Shown here one piece after another: positions 9,097-18,501 of a DNA stretch of 64,000 nt; position 1 is the first letter of the stretch, and each line of letters starts with the position of its first letter. A program made the translations under genes and the position numbers. Below the pieces are notes generated by a model. The model was not told the origin of the DNA. It ran no database searches and saw only the letters and a program-made list of their open reading frames with translations. This DNA comes from Polyangiaceae bacterium (GTDB taxonomy: Bacteria > Myxococcota_A > Polyangia > Polyangiales > Polyangiaceae). The stretch lies in contig JBGANF010000003.1 of NCBI GenBank assembly GCA_044222475.1, positions 1-64,000 on the forward strand, written 5' to 3'.

Positions 9097-10605
9097 ATGA
9101 GCGAAACGCAGGAATTCGAGCACCAAGCGTCCTTCGAGCGGGGTGAGGTCTCGGGCAATCTCCAGCTGGGCAAGATGGAGATGATGTACGAAGAGCTCTT
9201 CGCCGAGGTGATCGAGGACGGGATCATCACCCAGGAAGAGCGCAACCGCCTCGACAAGATGGCGGACAACCTCGGGCTCGACAAATCCCGGCTCCGCCGA
9301 CTGGAGCAAGCCCTCCAGGCTGCGTACGAAGCGCGGCACCAGGTCGTCATCAAGGAGATGTACGAGAGCGCGGAGGACCAAGAAGGTCCGCGCGCCTCGC
9401 TCCAGCCGCTCGAGCCCGTCACCGATCAGCGTTCGCTGGCTCTCCAGCGTCGGATCACGTTCCTCGAGCAGCGCGTCGCCGAGCTCGAGCGCGACCTCGA
9501 AGAAGCGCGCGCCCACATCTCGGTCGAGGTCGATCTCTCCGACGTCGCACCACCGGCGAAGGCAGTCCCCGAGGACGATCCCGTCGAGCTCCAGCGCCGG
9601 TTGCGACACGACCCCCGCGACGAGGCGAGCCTCCACGCGCTCTACCGCGTCTACGATCGCGCGAAGGACCTCGATCGCCAGTGGTGCATCGCGCAGGCGC
9701 TCGTCTACCTCAACGCGGCCGACGAGCACGAGCGCAAGTGCTTCACCGAGCACCGCGAGACGGCCCTCATCCGTCCCAAGGCCGCGCTCTCGAGCGACGC
9801 GTGGCTCAAGCTCCTGCTCCACCCCGACGAGGAGCCGCTCGTCGGCGACATCTTCGGAGTGGTCACGCCGGCGGTTCTCCTGGGTCGCCTTTCGGCGCTG
9901 CGCCGCGACAAGCAGCTCCCCAAGCTCGACCCGACGAAGAAGCAGGACCCGGTCACCGCGACGATCCAGGCGGTGCGCTGCTTCGCCTGGGCGTCGGCGC
10001 TGATGGGGATGAACTCACCGCCGCTCTACGTCGATCCGGACTCGGCGACCACCGTCGAGTTCGTCCCCGCGATGCCTCCGGTCGCGCGCATCGGACAGAA
10101 GGCGCTGTCGGGCCGCAGCGCGGCCGAGCTCGCGTTCCTCGCCGGGCGTCACCTGACGCAGCACCGCGAGCAGGAGATCATGCGCGCGCTCATCACGAAC
10201 GTGCCCGACCTCGAGGACATCTTCCTCGCCGCGCTCTCGATCGGAAACCCGGGCATCCCGCTCAACGATCGCGCGAAGCAGGTCGTCGTCCCGATCGCGA
10301 AGGCGATCGAGCCGATCCTCGAGCCGTCGTCGATCGATCGACTCCGCGGACACTTCCTCCGCTTCGTCGAGGACGGCGGACGCGCCAACCTCCAGCGCTG
10401 GGCCGCCGGCGTCGACAAGACCGCGGCGCGCGCGGGGCTGCTGCTCGCCAACGATCTCCGCGCGGCGCACTCGATCTTCGACATCGAAGACAAGGCCCAC
10501 ACGAACGAGAAGATGGACGACCTCATCTCGTTCGTGACCAGCGACCGCTACGCCCGCCTGCGGAAGCAGATCGGGATCGCCCTCGGCGTCCCCGCAACCA
10601 ACTGA
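9097..10605 (+). CDS. Hypothetical protein: helical N-terminus, coiled coil, TPR-like segment, degenerate M48-like C-terminal domain
   Basis: ATG at 9097 (MSETQEF) with coding-like codon usage; ELAFLAGRHLT and DKTAARAGLLLANDL motifs. Confidence 0.75.
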   Translation: MSETQEFEHQASFERGEVSGNLQLGKMEMMYEELFAEVIEDGIITQEERNRLDKMADNLGLDKSRLRRLEQALQAAYEARHQVVIKEMYESAEDQEGPRASLQPLEPVTDQRSLALQRRITFLEQRVAELERDLEEARAHISVEVDLSDVAPPAKAVPEDDPVELQRRLRHDPRDEASLHALYRVYDRAKDLDRQWCIAQALVYLNAADEHERKCFTEHRETALIRPKAALSSDAWLKLLLHPDEEPLVGDIFGVVTPAVLLGRLSALRRDKQLPKLDPTKKQDPVTATIQAVRCFAWASALMGMNSPPLYVDPDSATTVEFVPAMPPVARIGQKALSGRSAAELAFLAGRHLTQHREQEIMRALITNVPDLEDIFLAALSIGNPGIPLNDRAKQVVVPIAKAIEPILEPSSIDRLRGHFLRFVEDGGRANLQRWAAGVDKTAARAGLLLANDLRAAHSIFDIEDKAHTNEKMDDLISFVTSDRYARLRKQIGIALGVPATN

Positions 10606-10641
10606 CATCCTTGGGGATTCACGGTCCCGAGTGCCGGGGCC

Positions 10642-10670
10642 TTGCCAAGCTCCATCGGGCGAGTTAGTAA
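10642..10670 (+). promoter_or_regulatory. Putative sigma70-type promoter
   Basis: TTGCCA-N17-TAGTAA, ending 7 nt before the ATG at 10678. Confidence 0.45.
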
Positions 10671-10677
10671 CTCAGAC

Positions 10678-10848
10678 ATGAGTCACGAAAATGAGCCCTC
10701 GGGCAAGCGTTCGACCGACCCGCTCCTCGAGCCGCCGCCCGGCATCTCGCTGAGCGCGTTCTTCGAGAGCTTCTTCGCCGGCCACGACGCGCGATCGGGT
10801 GGTCAGGGGATCGACGTGGACGCGTTCGGCGGCACCGAAGACGAGTGA
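10678..10848 (+). CDS. Small acidic hypothetical protein (56 aa)
   Basis: Fills the intergenic gap, has GC3-rich codons and a promoter-like motif upstream. Confidence 0.5.
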   Translation: MSHENEPSGKRSTDPLLEPPPGISLSAFFESFFAGHDARSGGQGIDVDAFGGTEDE

Positions 10849-10882
10849 ACGTCGCCGCGAATCGCGTGCCGCCTCCCCCAGG

Positions 10883-11092
10883 CTAAGGCGTGTCGATCTC
10901 GACGCAACGCATCGACTGCGGGTTCACGACCTGGCAACGGTAGAGCGTGCCGTGGGTCGAGAAGAATCCCTGCTTGGTACGGGTGACGTAGTAGCTCCCG
11001 TCCGCCTCGCGCTGAATGCCGGTGTAGACCGAGCTGCAGCCGGTGGCTGTCGCGACGAGCACGACGAGCGCGACGAGGATGCGCGGCCTCAT
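10883..11092 (-). CDS. Small lipoprotein (69 aa)
   Basis: MRPRILVALVVLVATATGC lipobox; two further Cys; start overlaps the upstream stop. Confidence 0.75.
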   Translation of the reverse strand: MRPRILVALVVLVATATGCSSVYTGIQREADGSYYVTRTKQGFFSTHGTLYRCQVVNPQSMRCVEIDTP

Positions 11093-11286
11093 TCGCCCGT
11101 CTCCAGCTCGACGCGGCGACACTCGCCGGGACCACCGTTCGGGCAGACCCACATCGCGGCTTGGCCCTGGTACGAGCCGGCGACGAAGACGGTCCCATTG
11201 GGGCCGGGTGCGACGGCGTTGAACGTCGTCGAGCAGCCGGCGGTGAGTGCGCAGACGAGCGCCAGCAGTAGTGCTTTCTTGAACAT
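11089..11286 (-). CDS. Small lipoprotein (65 aa)
   Basis: MFKKALLLALVCALTAGC lipobox; GGAGG Shine-Dalgarno upstream. Confidence 0.8.
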   Translation of the reverse strand: MFKKALLLALVCALTAGCSTTFNAVAPGPNGTVFVAGSYQGQAAMWVCPNGGPGECRRVELETGE

Positions 11287-11306
11287 GAGTCCTCCCTATC
11301 GTTGGA

Positions 11307-12629
11307 TCAGTCGCAAGTGATCTTGGCGAGGCGGAGCTCGGCGGGCTTCCCCTTTGGGAGCTCCTGCCAGACGACGTACGCCGCGCTCGAAGCCGCGCGC
11401 GCGAGCTCGCTGTCACCGGCTTCGACGCCGCTCGCGGACACGTCGACGACGCTCGCGGTGACGAGCGCGTCGTTGCAGACGAGCCCCGCGCGGACGTGGG
11501 TGGCGGAGCCCTTCCCTTCCGTCCACGACACGAGCATGCAACCGGGCTCGTCGGTCGGGACGAGCGCCGGCGCCATCGCCGGATCGGCACCGGTCGTCAC
11601 CGTGGCGCGCGTGATCGGCGCACCCGCCTTCCAGTGAGCGAGCGTGAGCGCCCAGGGCGCCGCCCCGGTGCGCGCCGCGTAGACGACGGCCGCCCCTTCG
11701 CCGCTGGACGCGATCGCGGGCGCGCCGACGTCACCGCCAGGCGCGCTCACGGCGACGATCCCCGCGTGGGGCGAGCCGTCTTTGCCGAGCAACCGACCCT
11801 CGAGCTTGCTTCCGTGTCGCCAGACCGCCGCCGCCTCGGTCGCGCTCACCGCTGCGAGCGCGGGGACCTCGACGTTCTGCTTCGGTTCGCACGAGACCAA
11901 CGCATCTGCGCTGCCGTACGCGAGCGGGCGCACACCGGCCTTCCCGGCGGACGAGACGAGCCGTACCTCCTGGCACTGCGGGAGGAGCATCACCGCGGCA
12001 TCGCCGACCCCGGCGGCGGCGACGCGATCCCCCTCGGGGCCGGGACCGGCGACCGACGGATCGTCGTAGCCGGACGCTGACAGCTTCTTGCCCTCGGGCG
12101 CGGCGAGCTGGGTGAACCCGCACGACAGCTTGCCCGCGAACGCGGCCCATCCGCACGACGCGGCGCCGAGCGTCCCGTCGTCCAGGGCGAACGGCGCGAT
12201 GCCGTTCGAGAACGCGTCGACGGCTTCCTGCGAGTCGACCTCCTTCGCCGCGGCCTTGGCCGCGAGCGTGTCCGCGTCGAACACGCGCCCCATCTCGAAC
12301 CGCTGCTTCGCGTCGGGCGGGCCGAAGCCGGTGCCCGATCGGAGCTCGCCCCACGTGACCGCGACCCCGACGGTGGAGGCGGCGATACCGAAGGTGTTCG
12401 CACCGCGGCCTTCGGTCGCGGTGACGGCGGTGCCCAGGTGGCAGACGCGCGACGCGACCGGCTTCGAAGGCTTCGCCGCGCTCGCCGTGGACGCCGTGGT
12501 CGCCGACGAGGCCGTCGCCGCCGTGGCGGTCGCGCTCGCGGCTCCCGCCGTACCATTTTGGGACGACCGTTTGCACCCCGCCGCCGCGCCGAGCGCGACG
12601 ACCGCCACGATGACTGCCTGCCGGTTCAT
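11307..12629 (-). CDS. Putative lipoprotein, beta-rich (possibly propeller-like)
   Basis: MNRQAVIVAVVALGAAAGC lipobox; Ala/Thr linker; repeated VxW strands; ATGA overlap with the cytochrome c gene. Confidence 0.7.
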   Translation of the reverse strand: MNRQAVIVAVVALGAAAGCKRSSQNGTAGAASATATAATASSATTASTASAAKPSKPVASRVCHLGTAVTATEGRGANTFGIAASTVGVAVTWGELRSGTGFGPPDAKQRFEMGRVFDADTLAAKAAAKEVDSQEAVDAFSNGIAPFALDDGTLGAASCGWAAFAGKLSCGFTQLAAPEGKKLSASGYDDPSVAGPGPEGDRVAAAGVGDAAVMLLPQCQEVRLVSSAGKAGVRPLAYGSADALVSCEPKQNVEVPALAAVSATEAAAVWRHGSKLEGRLLGKDGSPHAGIVAVSAPGGDVGAPAIASSGEGAAVVYAARTGAAPWALTLAHWKAGAPITRATVTTGADPAMAPALVPTDEPGCMLVSWTEGKGSATHVRAGLVCNDALVTASVVDVSASGVEAGDSELARAASSAAYVVWQELPKGKPAELRLAKITCD

Positions 12630-13192
12630 TGCGCATACCCCCTGACGATCTTCACCAAGGCGTCGACGACCTGCGGCTTGTCTTCGAGGTCCGGGTTCGC
12701 GGGCATGAGGACGCTCTTTCCGACCGCGCCGCCACCTTTGACGATGGCGGTGCGGATCTGAGCGTCGGAGACCGACTTCTGCCAATCCTTGGCGCTCAGG
12801 TCGCGGGGCTTCGCGCCGAGCGTCCCGGCTTGGGGACCATCGCCCTTCCCGGCCGGTCCGTGGCACATCGCACACCGATTCTGCACGATGGCTTTGGCAT
12901 CCTCGTTCGGCGAGGTGACGGCGGTGACGGCGGGCAGCGCGGAGCCAGCAGGCTTCGCGCCCTTCCCTGGTTCGTCGCACGCCCATGCCAGCGCCGCGAG
13001 CGCGAGCGCGCCCGCGATGCCAGCCCCGAGTCCCCCGGCCCGAAGGGCCCCTCGGTCAGTGATGCTCGCCCCCAGAGGTCGCCGGGGCGGCAGACCCGGT
13101 GGCCTTGGGCTCGGTCGTCTCCCCGGCCTTGCCCTCGGCACCTTCGTGCTCCTTGGGCACCGGGTTCTCCCAGCTGCCGGGAGCCCGATCAC
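12626..13192 (-). CDS. Monoheme class I cytochrome c, probably lipid-anchored (start uncertain)
   Basis: CAMCH heme motif, GKGDGP..PRDL, distal Met in LMPA, and a hydrophobic ALAALAWAC segment. Confidence 0.8.
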   Translation of the reverse strand: MIGLPAAGRTRCPRSTKVPRARPGRRPSPRPPGLPPRRPLGASITDRGALRAGGLGAGIAGALALAALAWACDEPGKGAKPAGSALPAVTAVTSPNEDAKAIVQNRCAMCHGPAGKGDGPQAGTLGAKPRDLSAKDWQKSVSDAQIRTAIVKGGGAVGKSVLMPANPDLEDKPQVVDALVKIVRGYAQ

Positions 13193-13598
13193 CGGAGGTG
13201 AGGTGCTGCTTCGCGCCAGCCTGCGTGTCGAGGTGCTCGCGGTAGCTCACGTCGTTCAGCGTCAAGGCGAAGAACACCCCGATGAACGTGATGGCTGCGA
13301 TGACGATCAGCGTGTGGAACTTGGTGTCGTCCTTGAGGTGCATGAAGAACGCACACACCAACGTCGCCTTGATGGACGCGATGACGACCGCCACGAGGAG
13401 GTTCGCCTTGCCCAGGTGGATGTACGAGACGGCCACCGTGAGCACGGTGAAGAAGATGAGTGCGCCGAAGATGGCGCCGTAGCCCTTGTAGCTACCGATG
13501 TGGGCGTGGACCTCTCCCGGTCCGTGCGCGTGATCGTCGTCGTGGGAGTGCGCCTTCGCGGACGCGGCCGCCGGCTTCTTTTTGGTCGCTTCAGCCAT
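13056..13598 (-). CDS. ctaF: Cytochrome c oxidase subunit IV family protein
   Basis: Three TM helices, IASIKATLVCAFFMHLK motif, position in the operon. Confidence 0.88.
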   Translation of the reverse strand: MAEATKKKPAAASAKAHSHDDDHAHGPGEVHAHIGSYKGYGAIFGALIFFTVLTVAVSYIHLGKANLLVAVVIASIKATLVCAFFMHLKDDTKFHTLIVIAAITFIGVFFALTLNDVSYREHLDTQAGAKQHLTSGDRAPGSWENPVPKEHEGAEGKAGETTEPKATGSAAPATSGGEHH

Positions 13599-13601
13599 GG
13601 C

Positions 13602-14333
13602 TCAACCCTTGTGCCCGGGAGGGACGTAGTCGATGAGGTACATCAGCGGGAAGAGGTAGATCCAGACGAGGTCGACGAGGTGCCAGTAGAGCGCGGTCAC
13701 GTCGACCGGGGTCCAGTAGCGCTTGTTGAAGTCGCCCCGCATGTTGCGCTTGAGGATCCAGAACCAGATCCCGATCCCGACGATGATGTGGATCGCGTGG
13801 ATGCCGGTCATCACGAAGTAGAGACCGAAGAACGTGTGCGTGTGATCGGGGAGCTCGCCCGCATGGCTGTGAGCCCCCACGAGCGGCTGACCGCTGAGCA
13901 TGTCGCGCGGGGTGCCGAAGTAGCTGCCCGGGAGCAGGCCGTGCTCGAACTTCGCGTGGTACTCGAAGTACTTCACGATGAGGAAGATGAAGGCGCACGC
14001 GAGGGTGAGCCCGATCCACAGGTTCGTCTCGCTCCGCTTGCCGAGCTGCGACGACCGCACCGCGAGCGCGGCGGTCAAGCTCGAGAAGAGGAGAACGATG
14101 GTGTTCCCCGCGCCCATGATGCGGTTGAGCTCGTGCGAGCCGGCCGCGAAGGCGTCGGGGTACCAGTTGCGGTAGACGCCGTAGGCGACGAAGAGCCCGC
14201 TGAAGAAGAGGAGCTCCTGCGCGAGGAAGATCCACATCCCGAGCTTGGCCGAGTCGAACTGCTGGACCGGCGTGTCGAAGTGGTGCTGAAGCCACTTCGG
14301 GTGGTCGTGACTGTCGTGGGCAGTGCTGCTCAT
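13602..14333 (-). CDS. ctaE: Cytochrome c oxidase subunit III
   Basis: LGMWIFLAQELLFF, MTGIHAIH and LYWHLVDLVW motifs. Confidence 0.95.
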   Translation of the reverse strand: MSSTAHDSHDHPKWLQHHFDTPVQQFDSAKLGMWIFLAQELLFFSGLFVAYGVYRNWYPDAFAAGSHELNRIMGAGNTIVLLFSSLTAALAVRSSQLGKRSETNLWIGLTLACAFIFLIVKYFEYHAKFEHGLLPGSYFGTPRDMLSGQPLVGAHSHAGELPDHTHTFFGLYFVMTGIHAIHIIVGIGIWFWILKRNMRGDFNKRYWTPVDVTALYWHLVDLVWIYLFPLMYLIDYVPPGHKG

Positions 14334-14334
14334 C

Positions 14335-15999
<1,665 letters not shown>

Positions 16000-16016
16000 G
16001 TGGTTCCTCGTCGTCC

Positions 16017-17036
16017 TTACTTCAACGTCTTCATGTACTCGATCAGCGCTTCGATCTGCTTGTCGCTGAGCGTGTAGGGCGGCATCACGGGGTTGAACCC
16101 GGCGACGACCTTCGCGTTCGGCTTCAAGATCGACTCGCGGACGTAGTTCTCGTCGACCGTGTCGTCTGATTTGCCCCCGGAGAGCCCGGCGTTGAGCGCA
16201 ACCGGGTTGCCCCACATGCCCTTCCACGTCGGCCCGGTGCCCTTGTCACCGTTGCTCGTGTGGCAGGTGATGCAGGCGTTCTCCTTGTAGAGCTTCTCGC
16301 CCCACTGGGCGTCGGTGAGTCCGTCGGGCTTCTTCGGGCCCTCCTTCACCATCTTGTCGAACTCTTCTTGGGTGACGACGTGGATCATCGCCATCATGCC
16401 CGAGTGGCCACCGAGCGGCGCTCCCTCGAAGGCCGGCGGCGGGTTGCCCAGCGGCGCACCGCAGTACTCGGCGCAGTAGACCGGGGTGTCACCGAGCTCG
16501 GTCGGCGTGAACGAGACCGTCGTGTACATGCCCGGGACGGCGTCCTTCTTCACGCGAGCGCCGGGGATGTAGAACGAGTGGAGCACGTCGGACGCGGAGA
16601 TGACGAACTTCACCTGCTTGCCGACCGGCACGTAGAGGTTGTTGTTCTCCTCGCGACCGTTCGGGTACTTGAACGTCCAGAACCACTTCTGTCCGCGGAC
16701 CCGGATCTCCATCGCGTCCTGCCCGGCGATGGCGGTCTTGATGTACGCCTTCCAACCGAGGTGGAAGAGGTAGATGACGAAGAACAGCGGGATGACCGTC
16801 CAGGCGATCTCGAGCTTCGGGTAGTGCGGCGTGTCGATCCGCTTGTCGCCCTTCTTCCGCTTGTGCTTCTGCACCCAGTACAGCATCAGCCCCGTGATGA
16901 GCACGGTGAAGAAGACGCTGAAGTAGTAGATGAAGTTGTACGCCCAATCGACCTCGTGCGCGTTCTCGGTGACGGCAGGCGGCAGGTCGAAGCTGGCGGG
17001 TGCGGGTGCGAGCATGGATAGGAGCATGGTGTTCAT
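16017..17036 (-). CDS. ctaC: Cytochrome c oxidase subunit II with fused C-terminal cytochrome c (caa3-like)
   Basis: [21 protein letters not shown]...HSGM CuA ligands, and a CITCH heme motif. Confidence 0.95.
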   Translation of the reverse strand: MNTMLLSMLAPAPASFDLPPAVTENAHEVDWAYNFIYYFSVFFTVLITGLMLYWVQKHKRKKGDKRIDTPHYPKLEIAWTVIPLFFVIYLFHLGWKAYIKTAIAGQDAMEIRVRGQKWFWTFKYPNGREENNNLYVPVGKQVKFVISASDVLHSFYIPGARVKKDAVPGMYTTVSFTPTELGDTPVYCAEYCGAPLGNPPPAFEGAPLGGHSGMMAMIHVVTQEEFDKMVKEGPKKPDGLTDAQWGEKLYKENACITCHTSNGDKGTGPTWKGMWGNPVALNAGLSGGKSDDTVDENYVRESILKPNAKVVAGFNPVMPPYTLSDKQIEALIEYMKTLK

Positions 17037-17041
17037 CTCGG

Positions 17042-18007
17042 TCACGGCGAAACGTGCGCGAGCCCTTCGCGAGCGGTAGGGCTGGGGTTCTCGGGCTTGG
17101 ACGAAGGATCGTCTTTGCGCGATTTGGAGTCGTTGTCGGGAGGTCCGCTCCCTTTCTTGCGGCGCTCGGCGAGCCAGAGGACGCCGAGGAAGGCGCTCAT
17201 CGCGACGAGGGTCACTCCGCCGCCGACTTGCATCACGTGCATCGCGACGACGGTGTATTTCCGGTCCTGCGGATCGTAGTGGTAGCAGTACAGAATCACG
17301 CGATCGATCGTGCCGATCGACTTGCCCTCGGAGGCCTCGAGCAAGCCGAGCTTGAGATCCGTCGGGTTGAACTCGAGGCCGTAGAGGTAGCGCGCGACGC
17401 GACCTCCGGGCTTGACGAGCGTCACCGCGCTGGGGTGGGCGTACTGACCCTGGCGCTCGTCGTAGTGGTACTTCCAGCCGATCGCGTTCGCGACCCGGTG
17501 GATGTTCTGATCGTCGCCGACGAGGAAGTGCCACCCCTTGTCGGCTTCGGGGCGTCCGTACGCGCCGATCATCGCGGTGCGCTTCTCGGCCGCGAGGCTC
17601 ACGGTGTCCCGCGGGTCGACGCTGAGCGTGATCACGTTGAACTCGCGACCGATGCTCCAGGCGATCTCCTTCAAGCCGTCGAGGACGGCGTTCTGGATCA
17701 GCCCGCAGAGCACGGGGCACGAGTGGTACGCGAGGATCAGCATCGTCGGCTTTTTGTCGTCGATGAGATCGCCGAGCTGAACCGCCTTGCCGGTCTCGTC
17801 CTTGAAGATCGCGTCGCGCGGGAGCTCCGCGTCGAGCTTCTCGTCGACGCCGACGTCGAGGAGCTCGTCGGGGATGTTCGGGGTCCCCACGTCACGGGTG
17901 GCTGCCGGCGGCGGCGGAACCGGCTCGTCGGCGCGCGCAGATGCGCCACCGAGAGCGACGAGCGCTCCGGTGATCGCGATCACGGCGAGCCGACGAACGA
18001 AGCTCAA
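17042..18007 (-). CDS. SCO1/SenC family copper-assembly protein
   Basis: Signal peptide, CPVLC (CxxxC) motif, conserved His (YAHPS), C-terminal TM helix; the usual position in act-cox clusters. Confidence 0.9.
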   Translation of the reverse strand: MSFVRRLAVIAITGALVALGGASARADEPVPPPPAATRDVGTPNIPDELLDVGVDEKLDAELPRDAIFKDETGKAVQLGDLIDDKKPTMLILAYHSCPVLCGLIQNAVLDGLKEIAWSIGREFNVITLSVDPRDTVSLAAEKRTAMIGAYGRPEADKGWHFLVGDDQNIHRVANAIGWKYHYDERQGQYAHPSAVTLVKPGGRVARYLYGLEFNPTDLKLGLLEASEGKSIGTIDRVILYCYHYDPQDRKYTVVAMHVMQVGGGVTLVAMSAFLGVLWLAERRKKGSGPPDNDSKSRKDDPSSKPENPSPTAREGLAHVSP

Positions 18008-18008
18008 C

Positions 18009-18488
18009 TCAGTGGCCTCCGTCCGGCTTCGGTGCGGGTGCAGCGGCGTCGGCCTTGGGGTGAGCGCCGCCGTCGGTCGCTGCCGGCGCGCCGCCGTCGC
18101 CGAGCATCATCTCCGGCGCGGGGGGCGGCGGGGGCGGCGGCGGATCCGGGATGTCCTTCTTGGTCTTCGACCAGCCGCGGAGCGGGTCGAGATCGCTCGA
18201 CTGCTGCGGCGTGATCACCGGGGACGAACCGCGGCCCTTCGTCGCGATGTCTTGCATGGCGACGTTGATCGGGGTCGGTCCAGACTCGAGATCCGCCTTC
18301 TGCTTCGTGCGGAGCTCGGTGAGCTGAGTTGGCGGCGGGAGGACTTCGCTCGCGTAGGCCTCGGTCGTCATCGACCAGTACGAGTCGAGAACGAACTTCA
18401 CTCCGACGAACGCGAACACCGCGAGGATGAGGAGCGTGAACAGGAGCCGCGTCCTCGGGTTCTTGGTTTCCATCTTCTTCGAGGTCAT
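18009..18488 (-). CDS. Single-TM membrane protein at the actG position
   Basis: One TM helix and a Pro-rich tail; lies between actF and sco. Identity with ActG rests on synteny only. Confidence 0.65.
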   Translation of the reverse strand: MTSKKMETKNPRTRLLFTLLILAVFAFVGVKFVLDSYWSMTTEAYASEVLPPPTQLTELRTKQKADLESGPTPINVAMQDIATKGRGSSPVITPQQSSDLDPLRGWSKTKKDIPDPPPPPPPPAPEMMLGDGGAPAATDGGAHPKADAAAPAPKPDGGH

Positions 18489-18501
18489 GTCCGGGGACTC
18501 C

